DNA of 64,000 nt, from positions 608,001 to 672,000 of the forward strand of contig CAVRAG010000007.1 of assembly GCA_963718895.1 (NCBI GenBank), read 5' to 3'. The notes under the pieces were generated by a model that saw only the letters and a list, made by a program, of their open reading frames with translations, made no database searches and was not told the origin of the DNA. Shown piece by piece: positions 59,048 to 64,000 of the stretch (the first letter of the stretch is position 1; every line of letters starts with the position of its first letter). Made by a program: the position numbers and the translations under genes. The stretch is from an uncultured Nitrososphaerota archaeon. GTDB taxonomy: Archaea > Thermoproteota > Nitrososphaeria > Nitrososphaerales > Gagatemarchaeaceae.

Positions 59048-59875
59048 ATGAGGCTCTCCGGGCTCGACGTACCGTTCCTCTGCCTCGTGGTGAGCGAACC
59101 CACCGTCAAGGGCTGTCTCAAGGTGGTCGACAGGTTCGAACCCGTGGCGGACTCATTCGAGATCAACCTCCCCCCTCTCGAGCCTTCCCAGATGGGCGAC
59201 GTCTTTCACTCCACCCTGAGGCCCTGTATCGCCACCAGCCGGAGGTCGGACTTCATGAAGGTCTACGGCTATTCCAACCTTCCCAGGGTCAGCGACAGGT
59301 CCAGGGCCGAGGCGCTCAAGCGGGCGGTCGGACTCGGTGCAGCTGCCGTCGACTTCGAGCTCGACCTCTTCCAACCGCCGGCGTCGGATCAGGCCGGACC
59401 AGAAGGAGCGGATAACAGGGTCAGCGGGTCAAGCCGCCCGAGACTCGTCGAGTTCTCGACCGATCCCGAGGTAGTGAAGAGTCAGACAACCCTCGCGTCG
59501 GAGATAAGGGCCGCGGGGGCCGAGGTCGTCATGTCCTGCCATACGAAGAGCGTCCTGCACGAGGAGCAGGCCCTTGAGATCGTCCATGGCGTCGCCGGGA
59601 GAGGAGGACAGTTTGCCAAGGTCGTCTCCGTGACGCCTCGGAGGGAAGATGTCTTCGAGATGCTTGCGTGCGCGTTCTCCCTTAACAGGAAGGCCCTGAT
59701 GCCGTTCACTCTGATGAACATCGGCGCGGACTCGCCGTCCGACCGGCTCCTCTCGGTCTTGGCGGGCTCGACCTGGCTCTACTGCCGCCCCCCGAGCAAG
59801 CACAGCTACGCGGGTCAGCCTACCTTCGAGGACGCCAGGGCGTTCGTGGAGTCTCTGGGTCTGCGGGAACTCTAG
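59048..59875 (+). CDS. Type I 3-dehydroquinate dehydratase-like TIM barrel
   Basis: CIATSR, VDFEL, VMSCH, FAKVV, GQP. Confidence 0.7.
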   Translation: MRLSGLDVPFLCLVVSEPTVKGCLKVVDRFEPVADSFEINLPPLEPSQMGDVFHSTLRPCIATSRRSDFMKVYGYSNLPRVSDRSRAEALKRAVGLGAAAVDFELDLFQPPASDQAGPEGADNRVSGSSRPRLVEFSTDPEVVKSQTTLASEIRAAGAEVVMSCHTKSVLHEEQALEIVHGVAGRGGQFAKVVSVTPRREDVFEMLACAFSLNRKALMPFTLMNIGADSPSDRLLSVLAGSTWLYCRPPSKHSYAGQPTFEDARAFVESLGLREL

Positions 59876-60996
59876 GCCATCGCGAACTTCCTCATGACGT
59901 CCTCGTTCAGCTCGATTCCGAGCCCAGGGGATTCGGACGGGCTGACGTAGCCCTCGGGGTCGACATGAAGGCTCTCCTTGGTCAGGCTCCTCCTGAGGAC
60001 GGATTGGTTGACGGAGAACTCGAGGTACCGGGCGGTCGGTGCCGCGAGGTCCACGTGGAGCGTAGCTGCGAGCCCGATTCCGGTCTTGTAGGCGTGTCCG
60101 GCGAACTCTATCCTGTTCTCCTCCGCCATCCTGGCGATTCGCATCAGCTCTGTTATCCCTCCAGAGTGCGTGACATCGGGTTGGACGATGTCCACGTGAC
60201 CTCTCCTGATAAGGTCCTCGAACTCGAACCTCGTCGTGAGGTTGAGGTCGCCCCCGGCAATCTTCACGTCCACGGCGTCCGCGAGCTTGGCGTACTTCTC
60301 CACGTCGTCGGGGGGGAAGGGCGCTTCTATCCAGTAGACCCTGAATTTCTCGATCGAGCGCGCGACCGCGATCGCCTTCGACGTGTCTGTCCAGCACATG
60401 CACGCGTCGACCATTAGGTCGTTCTCGTCCCCGAGCCCCTCCCTCGCCGCGGCCACCATCTTCACGTCGTAGCGCGGGTCCCTCCCGAAAGGTGCGCACT
60501 GGAACTTGGCGGCCCTGAAGCCCTCTCGGGTCCACTTCCGCGCCGTCTTCGTAATCTCGTGCGGTGTGTTCCCGAACGGGTAGATGCTGGCGTAGGGCCT
60601 GATCTTGTCGCGCTTGGAGCCCAGGAGCTTGTGGACGGGCTTGCCCTTCGCCTTCCCGAGTATGTCCCAGAGTGCGATGTCAACCCCGCTCATGGCCGAG
60701 ATGACGACGCCTCGTCTTCCATGATAGATCGTCGCTTGATACATCAGGTCCCAGACCTTCTCCGGGTCGAGGGGGTTCGCCCCGATCAGGACCTCGCCAA
60801 GTCCGCGCGACCATCCGTGGGAGGTTGGAGCCTCGATGACCGCCTTGACGATCGTCGGGGGCGCGTCCACCTCACCGATCCCGACTATCCCCTCATCCGT
60901 GTGGACCTTGACTACGAGGTCGTCCTGGGACCCGTCGATGGCCTCGGAGACCTTTGGCAGCCGGAGCGGGATTGCCTCTACCTTTGTGATTTCCAC
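59872..60996 (-). CDS. Mandelate racemase / acid-sugar dehydratase family (enolase superfamily)
   Basis: VHTDEGIVGIGE, SGVDIALWDILGK, LMVDA, WIEAP, VQPDV, PGLGIE. Confidence 0.93.
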   Translation of the reverse strand: MEITKVEAIPLRLPKVSEAIDGSQDDLVVKVHTDEGIVGIGEVDAPPTIVKAVIEAPTSHGWSRGLGEVLIGANPLDPEKVWDLMYQATIYHGRRGVVISAMSGVDIALWDILGKAKGKPVHKLLGSKRDKIRPYASIYPFGNTPHEITKTARKWTREGFRAAKFQCAPFGRDPRYDVKMVAAAREGLGDENDLMVDACMCWTDTSKAIAVARSIEKFRVYWIEAPFPPDDVEKYAKLADAVDVKIAGGDLNLTTRFEFEDLIRRGHVDIVQPDVTHSGGITELMRIARMAEENRIEFAGHAYKTGIGLAATLHVDLAAPTARYLEFSVNQSVLRRSLTKESLHVDPEGYVSPSESPGLGIELNEDVMRKFAMA

Positions 60997-61016
60997 AGCG
61001 AAGTCTCCCGGGGGGG

Positions 61017-62639
61017 CTACTCGGGAGGAATCTCCCTGAACACGTAGTCCAGGTTGAGTCCCTGGCGCTTCCTGATCGCCGCGATGATGTAGTAGGCGAC
61101 AAGGCCGCCGATCATCAGAATCACGATCGAGCCCTCGGCCCAGACCGGCTCGGCGGAGGTCGAGATGTACTCGTACGTACCGAGCGCCTGGGTGACCGCC
61201 ACGAAAGCTCCCAGCCAGGTGATTATTGGGAGGCCCACTTTCTTCTTGAATGCCTCAGGCATCACCCTGTTGTAGAGGTCCTTGTTTATGAATGGGAACA
61301 GGGCGAAAATCACGGCTGCGATCGTCCAGGCCGCCGGCGCCACAGCGGTCACGCTGAAGAAGACCGTCGCGAACGAGATGTTGCTTGGGTTCCAGAAGAG
61401 GCCATAGACGTACTGCGAGAACCAGACCACGACGAGTATCACGGTCAGGACCAGGGCCGCGATTGGAACCCTTACCCTCGAGTTGATGCTTGCGAAGGCC
61501 TTGGGGAGCACCCTGTCGAACGACATCGAGAAGATGAGCCTGCTGAACGCGATGTACGGTACGACGAACCAGGTGAACGTCCCCGCGATGAGGCCTGCAT
61601 TGATGAGGAAGACGAGGATGGGGTTGCTCTTGAACATGACCGTAAGGAGGAACGGGAAGGTCGGGGGTACCGAGAAGGGCAGGCTGCCTGCACCGGCCGC
61701 GGCCCCTATGGAACCCAACCAGTCGCTCCCCATCAGGTTGAACAGGCCTCCAATCAAGAGGAAGTAGAGAACGCCCGTTACCACGATCGCCAGGACGAAC
61801 GGCACCCAGACCCTGCCTGCCTTCTTGATCTCGCCGGACGACCAGACCGGGTACTGGAAGTTGGAATAGAGGCTGAAGTAGCCCAACGAGAAACCGATGA
61901 AGATCGTGGTCCTGAGGTTGGTCGTGTAGCCGGAGAACCCCGCCGCCGAACCAAGCTGGAGCACCTTGGCATACTCTCCCGATCCGAACTGGTTGTTGAA
62001 GGCAGTGACGAAGTCCGAGTTGTTGAAGGCGAAGGCCAAAATTATCCAAAGGAAGGTGACGGCGAGGCTGAAGAAGAAGAGGACGTTGATTATCTTCGAA
62101 CCCATCCGCGCACCCAGAGCGACTGTGAGGAGTGCGAGGAAGACGAGGAAGAGTCCCGTTATGAAAAGACCGTTGCCGGAGACCATCCATGTCCCGAGGT
62201 TCACGAGCGAGGTGTTTCCATAGATCAGGCCCAGCGATCCGAAGGTCGGCGAGAGGATCCCGTTGGTGAAGAGCCAGACCTGGAAGCCCATGTTGAATGC
62301 GATCGCGAAGCCGAGCCCGTAGGTGACCGCGTACATGAATCCGACCGAGGGCGCCCTTGGTATGATCCTGGATATCCAGACGTAATCTCCACCACTCCTC
62401 GGCATCGCCGCCGACATCATCGACCAGACCGCCGCGAAGCCCAGGCCGACGATGCCCGCGATGAGGATGACCCAGAACAGGTTTGCTCCGGGGTAGAACG
62501 ATCCCACCGACTCCAGAAGGAAGACGATGCCGATTCCAATCTGCATGATGGAGATCGCCTGGACAAACAGGTCCAGATGTGAGAACTCCCTGACGAGGCC
62601 CGTGGCCTCACGGACAAAGCCCTTGGATCCGGCTCCCAA
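61017..62639 (-). CDS. APC-superfamily permease
   Basis: FVREATGLVRE, MPRSGGDYVWISR, SRLIFSMSFDRVLP, FREIPPE. Confidence 0.9.
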   Translation of the reverse strand: MGAGSKGFVREATGLVREFSHLDLFVQAISIMQIGIGIVFLLESVGSFYPGANLFWVILIAGIVGLGFAAVWSMMSAAMPRSGGDYVWISRIIPRAPSVGFMYAVTYGLGFAIAFNMGFQVWLFTNGILSPTFGSLGLIYGNTSLVNLGTWMVSGNGLFITGLFLVFLALLTVALGARMGSKIINVLFFFSLAVTFLWIILAFAFNNSDFVTAFNNQFGSGEYAKVLQLGSAAGFSGYTTNLRTTIFIGFSLGYFSLYSNFQYPVWSSGEIKKAGRVWVPFVLAIVVTGVLYFLLIGGLFNLMGSDWLGSIGAAAGAGSLPFSVPPTFPFLLTVMFKSNPILVFLINAGLIAGTFTWFVVPYIAFSRLIFSMSFDRVLPKAFASINSRVRVPIAALVLTVILVVVWFSQYVYGLFWNPSNISFATVFFSVTAVAPAAWTIAAVIFALFPFINKDLYNRVMPEAFKKKVGLPIITWLGAFVAVTQALGTYEYISTSAEPVWAEGSIVILMIGGLVAYYIIAAIRKRQGLNLDYVFREIPPE

Positions 62640-62722
62640 GTTAGGGTCCCTCGTATCTCAGTCCTTTATTTAAGCCTGAGTCAGGAATCTGGGTTCATTC
62701 GTCGCTAGACGGAATCTCGGCG

Positions 62723-63841
62723 TCACTGCGGAGGCTCAGAATGCTCGGAGAGGGCGAAGTAGCTCCGGCAGGCCGTCAGAAAGGGACCCTGACCCCACGG
62801 GACCATCGCCCCGGTCGGCATGGTCCGGTAGTGCTCGGCTCTGGTCCCTGGATGCGTCTCGAATGATACCCCCCGGAGGAGGCCTTCCGGGCTGAGTTGT
62901 CTCCACGTCGCAGCCCAGGCGCGCTCGACGACCTCGAGGTGAGACCGAGGGATCCAGCCCCTCCTGATCGCGAGGCTGAAGCCGTCGACCACGAACGCGG
63001 CGATAGAAGACTCCAGGTAGGAGTCCCGATCGTCCAGGACCGTGTGCCAGCCTCCGGACTCCTCCTGGAGCTCGGAGAGCCTGGAAGCCAGGTCTCCGAC
63101 TCTCCCTCTCAGGCGCTTCGAGAGGGCGCTGCTCCTGGGCAGGAATTCCAACGTGTGAAGCATCCCGAGGAGCGCCCAGCAGTTCCCGCGCCCCCAGAAG
63201 ACCCCGTTCCGCCTCGCGGCCTTCTCCATCCAGAAGTGGTGGAAGAGCCGACTGTCTTCATCCCAGAGGAGGTCCACCTGCGGTCCGATGGTCGACTCGG
63301 CCTGGGCCAGATACCTCTCGTCCCCGGTCGCATTGTAGAGCATGGCAAGGAAAGGCCCCTGGAAGTGAATGGAGTCTACGAAGACACAGGGGCCCGATTC
63401 CTTGGGGGCGGACCCGGTCCTCGCTCCGAACATCGGATGTCCGCGAGGAACCTCTGGCGGAAGGTCGAAGACAACGTCCTCGTAGTGTACGGGGCACCCC
63501 GTGCTGGTCCGGCGGAAGCTGCTGAGGTAGTCGGCGTGGCTTCGCGCTGCCTCGAGCAGCTCCGGGTCCCTCGTGATTGCGTAGGAACGGAGCAGCGCCA
63601 CGCCGGGTGCCGTGTGGTCGAACCGGCTCCTGGACTTCATGCGGGGGATCCAGGCCTTGAAGACGCCGTAGACGAAGCTCGAGTACTTCTCGGTGCCGAT
63701 GAGGTCAGAGGCGTCTAGCAGGCCTTCCATCCCGATGCTGTCACCCCAGAACCAGACCTTCCATGGATAGCCCAAAAGCAGATTCGCCGCCTTCCTGCAC
63801 TCCTCGATCACCGAGTCACGGGTGGGCCCTCGGGACATCAT
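62723..63841 (-). CDS. GH105/GH88-like unsaturated glycuronyl hydrolase
   Basis: WFWGD, FVDSIHF, LFHH, FWGRGNCW, GGWHTVLD, YLESS, PWGQG. No signal peptide is evident. Confidence 0.88.
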   Translation of the reverse strand: MMSRGPTRDSVIEECRKAANLLLGYPWKVWFWGDSIGMEGLLDASDLIGTEKYSSFVYGVFKAWIPRMKSRSRFDHTAPGVALLRSYAITRDPELLEAARSHADYLSSFRRTSTGCPVHYEDVVFDLPPEVPRGHPMFGARTGSAPKESGPCVFVDSIHFQGPFLAMLYNATGDERYLAQAESTIGPQVDLLWDEDSRLFHHFWMEKAARRNGVFWGRGNCWALLGMLHTLEFLPRSSALSKRLRGRVGDLASRLSELQEESGGWHTVLDDRDSYLESSIAAFVVDGFSLAIRRGWIPRSHLEVVERAWAATWRQLSPEGLLRGVSFETHPGTRAEHYRTMPTGAMVPWGQGPFLTACRSYFALSEHSEPPQ

Positions 63842-63842
63842 C

Positions 63843-64000
63843 TCACCCTGAGCTCAGCCTGGCGTCACCGATACCCATCGTTCCTATCAGGCTCCTGAGT
63901 TCAGCGATGGCCTGCCGACCCAGGGGCACGACGGGCTCCCTTACCGAGGATGTCTGAGTGACACCACGCATCCTGAGGACCTCCTTCTCCACGGCCACGA
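63843..64000 (-). CDS. 3' end of a probable DHDPS/NAL-family aldolase (partial)
   Basis: VAVEKEVLRMRGV..SSVREPVVPL...ELRSLI resembles the DapA-family C-terminus. Only ~51 codons are visible. Confidence 0.6.
   Translation of the reverse strand, partial: VAVEKEVLRMRGVTQTSSVREPVVPLGRQAIAELRSLIGTMGIGDARLSSG

Overview
High-GC archaeal chromosomal DNA, most consistent with a TACK/Nitrososphaerota-type lineage (taxonomy is inference). Archaeal markers: Orc1/Cdc6, RFC large subunit, DGGGP synthase, PAC2 proteasome chaperone, a tRNA splicing endonuclease subunit, a tRNA-Arg(UCG) with two BHB introns, and TATA-like boxes ahead of many TTG/GTG starts. The first ~30 kb is mostly housekeeping and salvage genes. 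Many are broken by single-base frameshifts, including rfcL, which points to long-read indel errors rather than true pseudogenes. The region from ~30 to 64 kb is accessory-like: an intact IS5-family element (17-bp TIRs, 9-bp TSD), a PiT/DUF47 pair, a gluconate-2-dehydrogenase-like operon, a stand-alone LigD phosphoesterase, an orphan Mo-hydroxylase large subunit and a sugar-acid catabolic cluster. The best candidates for new biology are: (1) a Soj/ParA ATPase coupled to an unannotated 195-aa partner with a ParB-like RGLG N-terminus, a disordered linker and a MinD-like membrane-targeting C-terminal helix; (2) an adjacent CorA channel fused to a pore-less S1-S4 voltage-sensor-like domain; (3) a Tat-exported dehydrogenase small subunit carrying a ~15-heptad coiled-coil stalk; (4) a stand-alone MIT-like protein. 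All calls come from motif recognition by eye; no database searches were run, so novelty is unverified.
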